A stretch of DNA of 60,574 nt from Bacilli bacterium (lineage in GTDB: Bacteria > Bacillota_I > Bacilli_A > RFN20 > CAG-826), in contig JAGAHY010000063.1 of the NCBI GenBank assembly GCA_017626815.1, positions 1 through 60,574 on the forward strand, in the 5' to 3' direction. The position numbers were made by a program, and so were the translations under genes. How positions within the stretch are numbered: the stretch's first letter is position 1; every line of letters begins with the position of its first letter. The notes below the pieces were generated by a model. It was not told the DNA's origin and did no database searches. It worked only from the letters and a program-made list of their open reading frames with translations. Of this stretch, positions 30,035 through 40,261 are shown piece by piece.

Positions 30035-31708
30035 ATGAACGACAAAATCAGGATATTTGCATTAGGCGGTCTCGACGAAGAAGGCAAAAACTGCCTCGTC
30101 ATCGAGATCAATGACGACATCTTCGTCGTCGAAGGCGGCGTCATGGAACCCGACAAGACGATGCCTGGCATCGACTATGTCATCCCCAGATACGACTACC
30201 TCGTCGAGAACAAATCCCGTCTGCGGGCTTATTTCCTCTTGCACGGGCACGACGATGAAATCGGCGCGCTTCCCTATATGTATCCCGAGGCCCCGGCCCC
30301 GGTATATGGCTCGGCGGTCACTTTGGCGATGCTCAAGATTTTCACCGCCCATGTCAAAAAAGACCCCAAGATGTACGAGCTTCGCCCCGTCGAGGCGACC
30401 TCGACCTTCAAAGTCGCGGGCAGGGAGATCAATTTCTTCCACACCGCCCACAATATCGCCGATAGCAGTGGCATGGCCATCGCCACGAGTTTAGGCAACA
30501 TCGTCATCACCGGCGATTTCGTCGTCGAAAACGCGGCCGATCCTTCGTTCCTTAACGACATGAACGCCATCGCCAGACTCGCCGAGAAGCCGACGTTGGC
30601 CTTGCTTCCCGAATCCATCTACGCCGAGCGTCCGGGCTACACGGCCCCGCTATATAAGCTCACGCCCCATATCGACGGCATCTTCAAAAACGCCCAGGGC
30701 CGCATCTTCGTGTCGGTCTTTAGCACTAACTTATATAACATCACCGAAATCATTCGCCTGACCGTCGCCCATCGGCGCAAAATCGCCTGCTATGACGCGG
30801 GCACCCTCGACACCATCCGCGCGATGCAGGACTGCGGGTCCTTGCAAATCCCCAGGGATTCCTTCGTCTCCACCGACGATATCCTCCGTCAGAAAGACAG
30901 CGACCTCGTCATCTTAATGACCGGCTTTGGCTCCAAACTCTTCCGCAAGATCGCCTTGCTGGCTTCGGGCCAAAACGAGGATAAGCGCATCAAGGTCAAG
31001 GAGACCGATTCCTTCATCATCGCCTCCCCAAGCGACGACAACACCGAAATCGAGTTCACCGACGCGGCCGACGAGCTCTTCCGCACCAACGCCGAAGTGT
31101 TCATCGTCCCTAAGAAGACCTTCCTCCGCATGCATGCCTCCGAGGAGGACCTGCGCATGATGGCCTCCATCTTCAAACCCAAATACTACATCCCCATCAA
31201 AGGCTTCTATAAGTCCTTGCTCAAAAACGCCATGTCGGCCCTTTCCATGGGCATCAACCTGAGCCACCAAAACGTCTTCGTCATCGAAAACGGCATGTCC
31301 GTCCTCATCGACGAGAAAGGCGGCCGCGTCTTCGATGAGAAGATTCCCCATGGCGACTTGATGATCGACGGCGATGGAGTAGGGGACATCTCCCACAGCG
31401 TCCTTCAGGACCGTCAAAAGCTCGCCGAAGGCGTCATCATCATCTCCCTCGCCATCTCCAAAGGCGAAGCCCGCATCGTGGCCGGCCCCGAGGTGCAGAT
31501 GAGGGGCCTATTGGTCGCCAAAGACGCCGATGGGTTGCAACGTGAAGTCAGCCGCCTCACCATGGGCACCGTCGAGGATTTCCTCTCCTCGCCGCTATAT
31601 AACATCGAGGAAATCAAGCAAAACGTCTACGAAAAGGTACTGCGCATGGTGCGCCGCGTCACCGGCAAAGAGCCGATGGTGCTGCCCTTGTTCGTCGAAG
31701 TTGAATAA
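30035..31708 (+). CDS. rnj: Ribonuclease J (J2-like, degenerate active site)
   Basis: ALGGLDEEGKN, PGIDYVIP, HGHDDEIG (canonical HGHEDHIG), C-terminal EPMVLP. Confidence 0.88.
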   Translation: MNDKIRIFALGGLDEEGKNCLVIEINDDIFVVEGGVMEPDKTMPGIDYVIPRYDYLVENKSRLRAYFLLHGHDDEIGALPYMYPEAPAPVYGSAVTLAMLKIFTAHVKKDPKMYELRPVEATSTFKVAGREINFFHTAHNIADSSGMAIATSLGNIVITGDFVVENAADPSFLNDMNAIARLAEKPTLALLPESIYAERPGYTAPLYKLTPHIDGIFKNAQGRIFVSVFSTNLYNITEIIRLTVAHRRKIACYDAGTLDTIRAMQDCGSLQIPRDSFVSTDDILRQKDSDLVILMTGFGSKLFRKIALLASGQNEDKRIKVKETDSFIIASPSDDNTEIEFTDAADELFRTNAEVFIVPKKTFLRMHASEEDLRMMASIFKPKYYIPIKGFYKSLLKNAMSALSMGINLSHQNVFVIENGMSVLIDEKGGRVFDEKIPHGDLMIDGDGVGDISHSVLQDRQKLAEGVIIISLAISKGEARIVAGPEVQMRGLLVAKDADGLQREVSRLTMGTVEDFLSSPLYNIEEIKQNVYEKVLRMVRRVTGKEPMVLPLFVEVE

Positions 31709-31764
31709 ATCACTTCATCCCTTATTTGTTTCCCCTTAGCCATCCTTTTCTCTCGCCTAAACCT

Positions 31765-34700
31765 ATGAAACCCAAGAAAACCTTCTCCAAAACCAAAGTA
31801 TTACTCGCCTTGGGCGCCGCGATTTTCCTTTTCGGCGCCTTATTGTTGCTTTCCCCCTTCACCCATGTGCGTTACGTCGCCTTCCCCGTCCATTACCTCG
31901 TCGGCGACGTGGGCTTATGGATCATTGGGTTTTTGCTGCTATTCTCCGGCGCGCATTTGATGCTATCGAAGTGGTGGCGCAAATTCCGCCTCAATGAAAT
32001 CGTGGCGATGGTTTTCTTTAGTTTAGGTCTTTGGTTTCTTCTCTCCTGCGCCTTAGGGGGCGAAGTCTATGCTTCCTTAGACGCCTCCGCGTTCCAAGAG
32101 AAACTCTCCGCCGCCTACGCTAGCGGCGGGCAGGCGTTATATTTCGACGCCCATCTCCTCGGTGGGACCTTCGGGACGGCGCTGCTTTTTGGCATTTACC
32201 CCGTCTGGCGTTACCTGCCTTATGTGATTTCGGGTTTATTGCTGGCCGTCGGTATCGTCTCCTTCTTCCTGCCGATGCTCCGCAAAGGGGAAGACAAACC
32301 CCGCAAAGAGAATGCGAGGAACCTCCGCCGCGAAGAACAATCCCTCATCCGCCAGGAAGAAGAAGGGGAATACGCGATCGAAGCCAACGACCCTCTTCCT
32401 TTCCAACCTCAGACCTTGGCCACCGAAGCCACTTTCCCCTCTTCCCCGGAGCTTTCCTTCAGCTCTGCCAGCGAAGAAGCCGTCGATTCCCCCTCGGGGA
32501 TGGATGGCTATGTTTTCGCCCCGGCTGGCGGCTCGACCTTGCCCTCAAGGAAGCAACTCCGCGCCGAACGGGCCGAAAAAGCCATCAAGATCACCGGCGA
32601 CCCGACCCCTGAAATGTCGCCTTACGCGCCTAAGGAGATCATCTCCCCCGCGCCGATGAGCTACGCCCAAAACCCCATCAAATCCACCGGGCTTCAGGAA
32701 GCCGTCTTTTGTCCCGCCGCTCCCACGGAGGCGCAGATGCCAGCCCAATCCGCCCCCGCCCAGGCCGCGCAGCCTAAGCCCGCGCCCGCAGCGCCGGCGC
32801 AGCCCCAGCAAAGGCCGACCACCACGTTCCAGCAGATGCAGCAAAAGCCCGCAGAACCCGCGTCAAAGCCCGAAGAAAAGCCTCTTTCGCCTAAATTTGA
32901 GCCTAAGCCGCAGCCCGCCCTTGCGGAAACCAAACCCGAACCCGAGCCCGTGGTCGAAGAAAAACCCGCCTCTTTCGCGCCTTCTTTCCTCGACAAGAAA
33001 CCCGCTCCCGCGACGAAGCCGATGCCGACGGCGCCCATCAAGCCCATCCTCCCCGCCGAAGAACCCGCCGAGGAAGAAGAAGTGGCCGCGCCTATCCCCA
33101 CCAAGCCCATCGCCAAGCCGCTTCCCACCGCGCCGCTGCACGTCGAGCCCGAGATGACCCCCGTCACCGCCATCGACGAAGACGAGGAAGACCCATATGT
33201 GCCACCCAGCAACGACCCCATCGTCATCGCCCCCAAATCCGCGGGCATTTTGACCCCCGAGACCATGGCCCCGGAAGCGCCAAAGCCTCAGCCGGCTTCG
33301 GCCTCGATCCCCGATTACGATATCCCCGAGGAGCCCAAGGAAGAAGACGACACCGAAGGTCCTTTACCCGATTACATCTTCCCTGGCCCCGAGCTTCTTT
33401 CCGACGGCCCTGGCGGCACCGACATCGCCAGAATGCAGGAAGAAGCGGAGCAAAAGTCCCATCTCATCGACCAAATCTTCGCGGACTTCGGCGTCGGCGC
33501 CCATGTCACCGACTTCCTTATCGGCCCCTCCATCACCCGCTATTCCATCGCCGCCGACCCTGGCGTCTCCATCGCCTCGATCGCCCGTTATATCCCTGAC
33601 CTCGAGGTGCGTATGGGCGGCGTGGCCGTGCGCTTTGTCGAGCGCGTCCTCGGCCAAGCCTGCTCCGCTTTGGAAGTCCCTAACGAATCCCGCCGCGTCG
33701 TCCCCTTCAAGGAAGTCTTCGTCGGATTGCCGCCGCGCAAGGAGACCGCCGATTTGCGCATCCCCTTCGGTTTGGATATCGCCGGCGCCTTAAAAGAAGC
33801 CGATTTGGCCAAGTTCCCGCATATGCTCGTGGCCGGCACTTCCGGCTCTGGTAAATCCATCTTCGCGCACGGCATCTTGATGTCCCTCATCATGCGCAAC
33901 CGCCCCGAGAACCTAAAGCTGGTCTTAATCGACCCTAAGCGCGGCGTCGAAATGGCCCCCTATAAAGACATGCCGCACCTCCTTTGCCCGATCGTCAAAG
34001 AAGCCAAACCCGCGCGCAACTGCCTCAAAAAGCTCTGCGACCTCATGGACGAACGCTACAAGAAGTTTGAGGAGAAAGAAGTCCGCGACATCAAGGACTA
34101 TAACGCCGAATACGCCCTTCCTAACGGCAAAAAGCGCATGCCTTACATCGTCGTTTTCGTCGATGAATTCGCGGATTTGGTCGGCGAATGCAAAGAAATC
34201 AGCGAATACGTCCTGCGCATCGCCCAAAAGGCCCGCGCGTGCGGCATCCACCTCATCGTTGCCACCCAACGCCCCGACGTCAAAGTCATCACCGGCACCA
34301 TCAAGTCCAACTTGCTTTGCCGCGTCGCTTTGACCGTCGCTAGCGCCACCGACTCGCAGACGATCTTAGGCATGAGCGGCGCCGAGGAACTTTATGGCTA
34401 TGGCGACATGCTCATCGATTGCCAAGAGCTCAGCAAGCGTGACTTCGTCCGCGCCCAGGGCTGCCTTACCACCATCAAGGAGATGAAGAACGTCTGCGAC
34501 TTCGTCCGCAAGCAGTTGCCGGCCAACTACGATCCCGACTTCCTTAACCTCGAAGATGACGAGGATGGCGATTCCTCCTCCGGCCCCGAGATTCGCGATG
34601 GCGGCTATGCCCCGATCGCCGCGCCGCAGCTTTCCTCCCAGGAGATGCGCAAAATCTCCGACGAGGAGAAGTACCAATACGTCAAATCCGTCATCATGAC

Positions 34701-34887
34701 CCGCGACTATTGCTCGATTTCCATGATCCAGAGGGAATTCGAGGTCGGCTTCCCCCGCGCGGGCAAGATCCTCAACCGCCTCCAGCAAGAAGGCATCGTG
34801 GCCACCCCCGGCGACACGCCCAATAACTCCAAAGGCTGCCGCGTCTTGGTCCATGAAGACCCCGGAATCAACGGCGGTGGGGCTTGA
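31765..34887 (+). CDS. ftsK: DNA translocase FtsK/SpoIIIE
   Basis: N-terminal TM domain, Pro/Glu-rich linker, PHMLVAGTSGSGKS, DEFAD, ATQRP, gamma domain SMIQREFEVGFPRA. Confidence 0.95.
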   Translation: MKPKKTFSKTKVLLALGAAIFLFGALLLLSPFTHVRYVAFPVHYLVGDVGLWIIGFLLLFSGAHLMLSKWWRKFRLNEIVAMVFFSLGLWFLLSCALGGEVYASLDASAFQEKLSAAYASGGQALYFDAHLLGGTFGTALLFGIYPVWRYLPYVISGLLLAVGIVSFFLPMLRKGEDKPRKENARNLRREEQSLIRQEEEGEYAIEANDPLPFQPQTLATEATFPSSPELSFSSASEEAVDSPSGMDGYVFAPAGGSTLPSRKQLRAERAEKAIKITGDPTPEMSPYAPKEIISPAPMSYAQNPIKSTGLQEAVFCPAAPTEAQMPAQSAPAQAAQPKPAPAAPAQPQQRPTTTFQQMQQKPAEPASKPEEKPLSPKFEPKPQPALAETKPEPEPVVEEKPASFAPSFLDKKPAPATKPMPTAPIKPILPAEEPAEEEEVAAPIPTKPIAKPLPTAPLHVEPEMTPVTAIDEDEEDPYVPPSNDPIVIAPKSAGILTPETMAPEAPKPQPASASIPDYDIPEEPKEEDDTEGPLPDYIFPGPELLSDGPGGTDIARMQEEAEQKSHLIDQIFADFGVGAHVTDFLIGPSITRYSIAADPGVSIASIARYIPDLEVRMGGVAVRFVERVLGQACSALEVPNESRRVVPFKEVFVGLPPRKETADLRIPFGLDIAGALKEADLAKFPHMLVAGTSGSGKSIFAHGILMSLIMRNRPENLKLVLIDPKRGVEMAPYKDMPHLLCPIVKEAKPARNCLKKLCDLMDERYKKFEEKEVRDIKDYNAEYALPNGKKRMPYIVVFVDEFADLVGECKEISEYVLRIAQKARACGIHLIVATQRPDVKVITGTIKSNLLCRVALTVASATDSQTILGMSGAEELYGYGDMLIDCQELSKRDFVRAQGCLTTIKEMKNVCDFVRKQLPANYDPDFLNLEDDEDGDSSSGPEIRDGGYAPIAAPQLSSQEMRKISDEEKYQYVKSVIMTRDYCSISMIQREFEVGFPRAGKILNRLQQEGIVATPGDTPNNSKGCRVLVHEDPGINGGGA

Positions 34888-34911
34888 TTCCCATACCCCT
34901 AAAGGGTATAT

Positions 34912-34925
34912 TTAAGCGCTTTTCC
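34912..34925. promoter_or_regulatory. LacI/CcpA-type operator candidate upstream of pullulanase
   Basis: TTAAGCGCTTTTCC with palindromic AAGCGCTT core. Confidence 0.4.
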
Positions 34926-34948
34926 TCACAGAAAACTTCATTATTGAT

Positions 34949-37048
34949 ATGAAAGATACCTACCTCAACGCTAAATTGGTCGAACCGGATTTGCTCCGAC
35001 TCGTCGTGTTCTCTTCCCTTCCTTGGGAGCGCATCGAACCCGTTTTGCTGATCGATGGCGTCCCCGGGCGGAAGATGAAGCCTACGCGACTCAACACCCT
35101 TTCGACCTTGGCCATCGCCGATTTCCGGCTGGATGCGCCGCTAGAGCTCGGCCATTCCTATTTCTTCGTCATGCCCCAATATGGCGGCGTCCCCGTCGAC
35201 GTCAGCGAAGCCACGCGCTTCCCGGGTTTTGACGAGCATTATTACTATGATGGGGATGACCTGGGCGCGACGTATTCGAAAAAAGACACGCGCTTCGCCT
35301 TATGGGCGCCTTTGGCCAGCCACGTCGTGCTGGCTTTCCGCGACAAACCGAGCGAACCTTTTGTCCCCGTGAACATGGTGCGCACGGACAAAGGCGTCTA
35401 CCGCGCCATCCTCCCTGGCGACCATGAACTTGCCGAATACCATTATTTCGTGACCAACAGCGAAGTCACCCGCAAAGTCACCGACCCCTACGCGAAAGCC
35501 TCGACCTTAAACGGCGAGGAATCGGTGGTGGCCGACTTCAGTAAACTCAAAGTCCCTTCGCACCGCGAGAATCTGCCTTTGCTGGATTCCTATACCGACG
35601 CGGTCATCTACGAGGCCCACGTCCGCGACATGACCATCTCCCCAGACACTGACATCGTCCATAAAGGGACGTTCCTCGGCATGGTGGAGAAGGGCAGGAA
35701 GACCAAAGGCGGCCATCCGGCTGGCTTAGACCATCTTCTCGCCCTCGGCGTGACCCACATCCAATTGCTGCCGATCTATGACTATAAGTCCGTGGATGAA
35801 GCCCATCCCGGGACCACCTATAACTGGGGTTATGACCCCGCCCAATATTTCGTGCCCGAAGGCAGCTACGCCTCGAAGCTTAGCGACCCTTATTCCCGCA
35901 TCATCGACTGCAAGAAGATGATCTCCGCCTTCCACGAATCCCGCATCCGCGTCATCATGGACGTCGTCTATAACCACGTCTACGAATACGAATCGAGCGT
36001 CTTCGAGGCGGTCGTGCCCAATTTCTATTTCCGTCACAAGCAAAACGGCAAGATGGCGAATACGTCGGGGTGCGGCGATGACCTCGCCTCCGAACGCCCG
36101 ATGGTGCGCAAGATGATCGTCGACGCGTGCCGCTTCTGGATCGAGGAATATGGGATCGATGGCTTCCGCTTCGACCTCATGGGCATCCTCGACGTCGAGA
36201 CCTTGAACCAAATCGCCAAGATGGCCAAAGCCCACGACAAATCCTTCATCCTCTATGGCGAAGGCTGGAACATGGGCGGGGAGGTCCATAAACCCCTCGG
36301 CCACATGGGCAATTACCGCGACATGCCCGATTATGGTTTCTTCAACGACTGGTACCGCGAATCCTTCAAGAGGTTGCTCATCGAGGACCGCGGCGTGGTC
36401 AACGATTGCAAGAACCTTCTCTGCGGGTCCTGCGTCGATTTCATCGTCGGGGCCAAATTCCTTAACGCCAACCAGACCATCAACTACGTCGAATGCCACG
36501 ATAACGCGACTTTATTCGATTTCCTTAGCGCCCGCCGCGGCGATTTAAGCGAGCAGGAGAAGCTGCGCCTTGTCCAGCTTGCCAACCTCACCATCCTCTC
36601 TTCCTTCGGCGTGCCTTTCTTCCACATGGGGCAGGAAATCGGCCTAACGAAGTTCGGCGAAGACAACACCTACAACAAAGGCGACCATTATAACCAGATG
36701 GACTATGGCCTCCTCGATAGCCGTTACCCGATGGTGGAGACCTTAGCCAAGGCCATCCGCCTGCGCAAGAAGCTGCGCGCCCTCCATGTGTTTGACCCCC
36801 GCGTCATCATGCCCTCGGTCAACGTCTATGACGAAGGCGAGGTCATCCGCGTCAATTACGTCGACGCCAACCTCATCGCGCCACTGAAGACCCTCGATAT
36901 CCTCATCAACCCCTCGCCGCGGGAATACCGTTGCTCCGTGGCCCTGGATTCCGAAATCGAGATCGGGGAAGGGCGGATCACGCCTAAGGACGACCATTCC
37001 GAAGTGCTCGTCCCCGGCAGAAGCCTGCTCATCGTCACATCCAAATAA
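34949..37048 (+). CDS. pulA: Type I pullulanase (GH13), no signal peptide
   Basis: YNWGYDP, DVVYNH, GFRFDLMG, YGEGW, YVECHDN. Confidence 0.92.
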   Translation: MKDTYLNAKLVEPDLLRLVVFSSLPWERIEPVLLIDGVPGRKMKPTRLNTLSTLAIADFRLDAPLELGHSYFFVMPQYGGVPVDVSEATRFPGFDEHYYYDGDDLGATYSKKDTRFALWAPLASHVVLAFRDKPSEPFVPVNMVRTDKGVYRAILPGDHELAEYHYFVTNSEVTRKVTDPYAKASTLNGEESVVADFSKLKVPSHRENLPLLDSYTDAVIYEAHVRDMTISPDTDIVHKGTFLGMVEKGRKTKGGHPAGLDHLLALGVTHIQLLPIYDYKSVDEAHPGTTYNWGYDPAQYFVPEGSYASKLSDPYSRIIDCKKMISAFHESRIRVIMDVVYNHVYEYESSVFEAVVPNFYFRHKQNGKMANTSGCGDDLASERPMVRKMIVDACRFWIEEYGIDGFRFDLMGILDVETLNQIAKMAKAHDKSFILYGEGWNMGGEVHKPLGHMGNYRDMPDYGFFNDWYRESFKRLLIEDRGVVNDCKNLLCGSCVDFIVGAKFLNANQTINYVECHDNATLFDFLSARRGDLSEQEKLRLVQLANLTILSSFGVPFFHMGQEIGLTKFGEDNTYNKGDHYNQMDYGLLDSRYPMVETLAKAIRLRKKLRALHVFDPRVIMPSVNVYDEGEVIRVNYVDANLIAPLKTLDILINPSPREYRCSVALDSEIEIGEGRITPKDDHSEVLVPGRSLLIVTSK

Positions 37049-37065
37049 CCCAAGGAGGAGAACCC

Positions 37066-37395
37066 ATGTTATCCAGCGTCTATTTGACCGGTCGCCTTGG
37101 CGAAGTCCTCGCCGACGACTTACGTTACGTCGAACTCGACGACCTCGTCCCCGGACCGGATTCCCGTTTCGATGTCCATCGTATCCCCGTGCGCAACCCC
37201 CGCGGCGTCAATTCCGAGTTCATGCGCGCCAAAGCGGGGCTATACGTCGTCATCAAGGGACGTCTTTCCACCGATGAGCGCATCGGCTTGCTCGTGGTCT
37301 CCGAACTGGAAGAAGTGCTCGGGCCCTTAGCCATCACGCCCATGCAGATGCCTCCCTTAAGCGAGGAAGAAAATGATTATGAAGAAGACCGCTGA
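37066..37395 (+). CDS. Small SSB-like OB-fold protein with acidic tail
   Basis: VYLTGRLG N-terminus, G.YVVIKGRL, EEENDYEED tail; AAGGAGGAG SD. Confidence 0.5.
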   Translation: MLSSVYLTGRLGEVLADDLRYVELDDLVPGPDSRFDVHRIPVRNPRGVNSEFMRAKAGLYVVIKGRLSTDERIGLLVVSELEEVLGPLAITPMQMPPLSEEENDYEEDR

Positions 37396-37412
37396 GGCGG
37401 TTTTCTTTTTTT
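37387..37412 (+). terminator. Intrinsic terminator
   Basis: GACCGC-TGAG-GCGGTT plus T run. Confidence 0.75.
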
Positions 37413-37525
37413 GGCGGGAGAAAGCCTATAGACGCGGCGCGAAAATCGTGGTGACAGGGGGAAATCTTCCACAAAAACGGGGTCTTTTCCTTTTTCGTAA
37501 TGAAAACTAGGTATATCATATAGCC

Positions 37526-38338
37526 GTGGTAAGTTTTCTGAAGTACGCACGCATCGGCATCATCTGCATCTGGAGGGTAATCTTCGATTATTTCACCTGG
37601 ATTTTGCCTTATTCCAGACATCCGGAAAAATACCCGTTGGAGAAGCGCTACCGCAAAGCCCGCGGCCTGATTCTCTATTTGCTGCGCCATTACCGTTTTG
37701 AGCCAAGGCTAATCAACCCCGAAATTCTGGCCACCGATAAACCCGTGGTCTACGTGGCCAACCACCTTTCCGCGCTCGACCCGTTGATGCTCATTGCCTT
37801 ATCGCCGCGCCCGGTTTCCTTCATCGCCAAGAAAGAAGCGAAGAAAATCCCCGCCGCGGGGCGTCTCATCACCGCGATCAATGGCCTTTTCCTCGACCGC
37901 GATGACCCCTTCCAAGCCGTGAAAGTGTTCCGCCAAGCGGTCAAAAACATGGAAGAGACGGGCATTTCCTACGGCATCTTCCCCGAAGGCACGCGCAACA
38001 AAGACCCCTATAGCGCAAGGACCCTCGATTTCCATCCAGGCGCCTTAAAACTCGCCTACAAAGCCAAATGCCCGATCCGCCTCTATGCCCAATTCGGCAG
38101 TTTCCACGCCATGGATAACGTCGCGGGTAGAAGTCATCTTTGGACGATCCGCGGCGTCAAATCCATCGAATATGACGAATATCAGGACGTGAAGTCGGTG
38201 CTTTTGGCGACCCACCTTCGTTCCCAAATCGAAGAATATCTGCCTTCCCTCGCCCAAGAGGACAAGAAATATTACGACACGAAGCAACAGAAGCATCGGC
38301 CTTCCAAGTGGCAGGAAAAGTTACCCAAGACGGAGTAA
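37526..38338 (+). CDS. plsC: 1-acyl-sn-glycerol-3-phosphate acyltransferase
   Basis: NHLSALD, FIAKKE, FLDR, FPEGTR. Confidence 0.9.
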   Translation: MVSFLKYARIGIICIWRVIFDYFTWILPYSRHPEKYPLEKRYRKARGLILYLLRHYRFEPRLINPEILATDKPVVYVANHLSALDPLMLIALSPRPVSFIAKKEAKKIPAAGRLITAINGLFLDRDDPFQAVKVFRQAVKNMEETGISYGIFPEGTRNKDPYSARTLDFHPGALKLAYKAKCPIRLYAQFGSFHAMDNVAGRSHLWTIRGVKSIEYDEYQDVKSVLLATHLRSQIEEYLPSLAQEDKKYYDTKQQKHRPSKWQEKLPKTE

Positions 38339-38342
38339 GAGC

Positions 38343-38759
38343 ATGAGAGACGTCCGCGAAGAAACCCCCAATAAAGGCGAGTCGTTATTTAAGACGCTCG
38401 CAGTCGCCATGATCATCGCCGCCGTGATGTCCTTCGTGGCCATGTTTTTCCCGTTACGTAACCTCGCCCCGGAAGGCGCGGGGGCCCCATATTACCTGCC
38501 TTATGCCTTGCCTTATGGCATCGTCAATTTGATTATCGCGGGATTAGGCGTGTTCTTCACCACCAACGCGAAAGAGAAACCAGGGCTTTATTTCCCTGGC
38601 TTCATCATCGGCATCGTGGCCGGTGGCTTATTGACCTTAGAGGCCCTGCCCATCGGCATTTTTCTCCATAACGTCGAATTCTGCATCTCGGTCGCGGTGA
38701 TCGGCGCCTGCGTGATCGCCATCGCCATCACCGGCCTAAAAGCCCTTAAAGGCGACTAA
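38343..38759 (+). CDS. Small 4-TM membrane protein
   Basis: Four hydrophobic segments; 4 nt after plsC. Confidence 0.7.
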   Translation: MRDVREETPNKGESLFKTLAVAMIIAAVMSFVAMFFPLRNLAPEGAGAPYYLPYALPYGIVNLIIAGLGVFFTTNAKEKPGLYFPGFIIGIVAGGLLTLEALPIGIFLHNVEFCISVAVIGACVIAIAITGLKALKGD

Positions 38760-40036
38760 TAACGCCGTCTTAATCCCTTGGGGTAGTGGTTCTTCGCGGT
38801 TCCCTTGACGAGCTTAACGTAACCTAAGGGGATCCCTAGATAGGAAACCACCGCGTAACCGTCTTCCCCTTGGAGAGGGAATGTCTCGCCCGCAAGATAA
38901 CGCAGGGCGTTTTCTTTTTCTAGGGGGATGGAGGCTTTGGCAAAGCTCGCAAGGGCATGGTCAGGCTGGAAGGGGGTCTTTTCTTCGCCGATGCGGACTC
39001 CATAACGAAGCAAGGAAAGCTTTGGGGTTTTCATGGCTTCGGGAAGCGCGTAGGCGCTATCTTGATGGGAAAGGTAATCATAGCCTTCTAGGCCGTATTC
39101 AAAGGCCGGTTTCTGCAATGTTTTTGGCAGTTGATGTATCTTTTCCTGCTTATGCGCCACCTTATCGCCTTTATGTCTTAATAGGCATAAAAACTGTCCT
39201 TCGCCCGCGTAACGATGCGGGAACAGATGGATGCCCTGCGGCAAATCGGGGTGGTGGTAAAAGGAGGGGTCATCGGGTAAAAAGACAGCTTCAAAGTCTT
39301 CATGACGCTTCAAGAAGGAAAGGATGATTTCTTCATCTTCCTCATAGGAGAAGGAGCAGGTGGAATACATGATGCGGCCGCCCGAAACCAACATTTTCGC
39401 CGCGGATTCTAAAAGGGACTTTTGGATGGATTGCGTCTTTAAGACTTTTTCATACGTCCAATCGTCAAATAGGCGCCTATCTTTGCGGAACATCGCCGAG
39501 CCCGAGCAGGGGGCATCGAGCAAAATCGCGTCAAAATAGTCTTCGTAATTATCCTCAATCCCGACGAAATCCCCGGAAGTCACGACGACGTTTCCTAAGC
39601 CTAAACGTTCGACGTTGCCGGAATTCTCTTTGCTGCGGGGGTAGGAGATGTCGTTGGATAAAATGGTGCCGTTATTTCCTAAAAGCAGGCTTAAGACGCT
39701 GGTTTTGCCTCCAGGGGCGGCACACATATCCAAAATCCGTTCGCCTTTTTGGGGAGAAAGGAAATAAGGGGGCAACATGCTTGCGGCGTTCATGATATAA
39801 AAGGCGCCTAAATTAAATAGCATGCTTTTCCCAAGGGGATATTCCTCTTCGTCGTAATAGAAGGCGTTTTCGATGAAAGGGTGGGGTTTTAGATGCGGGT
39901 AAAGCGAAAGGAGGGTCTCCTTATTTACCTTATTATTAAGGTATAGGGAATGGATGGCTTTGCCTTGCTGGGCGAGGCGAAGTTCCTGGATTTCTTTTTC
40001 AGGATAATATGGGGTTAAGGAAGCGTAAAAATCCAT
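38756..40036 (-). CDS. rsmF: RsmF/NOL1/NOP2 RNA m5C methyltransferase
   Basis: LDMCAAPGGKT, DAPCSGS, YSTCS, KNHYPKGLR C-terminus. Confidence 0.88.
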   Translation of the reverse strand: MDFYASLTPYYPEKEIQELRLAQQGKAIHSLYLNNKVNKETLLSLYPHLKPHPFIENAFYYDEEEYPLGKSMLFNLGAFYIMNAASMLPPYFLSPQKGERILDMCAAPGGKTSVLSLLLGNNGTILSNDISYPRSKENSGNVERLGLGNVVVTSGDFVGIEDNYEDYFDAILLDAPCSGSAMFRKDRRLFDDWTYEKVLKTQSIQKSLLESAAKMLVSGGRIMYSTCSFSYEEDEEIILSFLKRHEDFEAVFLPDDPSFYHHPDLPQGIHLFPHRYAGEGQFLCLLRHKGDKVAHKQEKIHQLPKTLQKPAFEYGLEGYDYLSHQDSAYALPEAMKTPKLSLLRYGVRIGEEKTPFQPDHALASFAKASIPLEKENALRYLAGETFPLQGEDGYAVVSYLGIPLGYVKLVKGTAKNHYPKGLRRRY

Positions 40037-40074
40037 CGCTTTATCGTAGGGAAATTTGACGTTATAGGCAAGAA

Positions 40075-40185
40075 AGAAAATGGTGGCGGGATAGGGAAAC
40101 TACGTCGCTTGCGCCGGATAAAACCTCGTCGATTTTTCATAAAGAATCGATGCTAGGCCTTAACCAAGCCCCGAAATCCAAAAAA
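40075..40185. repeat. ~110-bp direct repeat, copy 1
   Basis: Aligns to 42550-42659 with 9 differences counted by eye; 36-bp identical core ATAGGGAAACTACGTCGCTTGCGCCGGATAAAACCT. Confidence 0.95.
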
Positions 40186-40261
40186 AAGGTCAAAATTTGC
40201 ACAGTGTTGGTGAAAGCCTAGATTTTTCCGCGCGTTTTTGACATGAACTTGCGTACAACCT

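Noticed and set aside
32500-33360. Pro/Ala/Glu-rich low-complexity region as a separate repeat element
   Set aside because: It is the normal disordered FtsK linker.
40081-40100. Repeat start TGGTGGCGGG as the reverse complement of a tRNA 3' end (CCCGCCACCA), i.e. a tRNA att site
   Set aside because: No T-loop (TTCRA) or cloverleaf is adjacent, so no tRNA is called.
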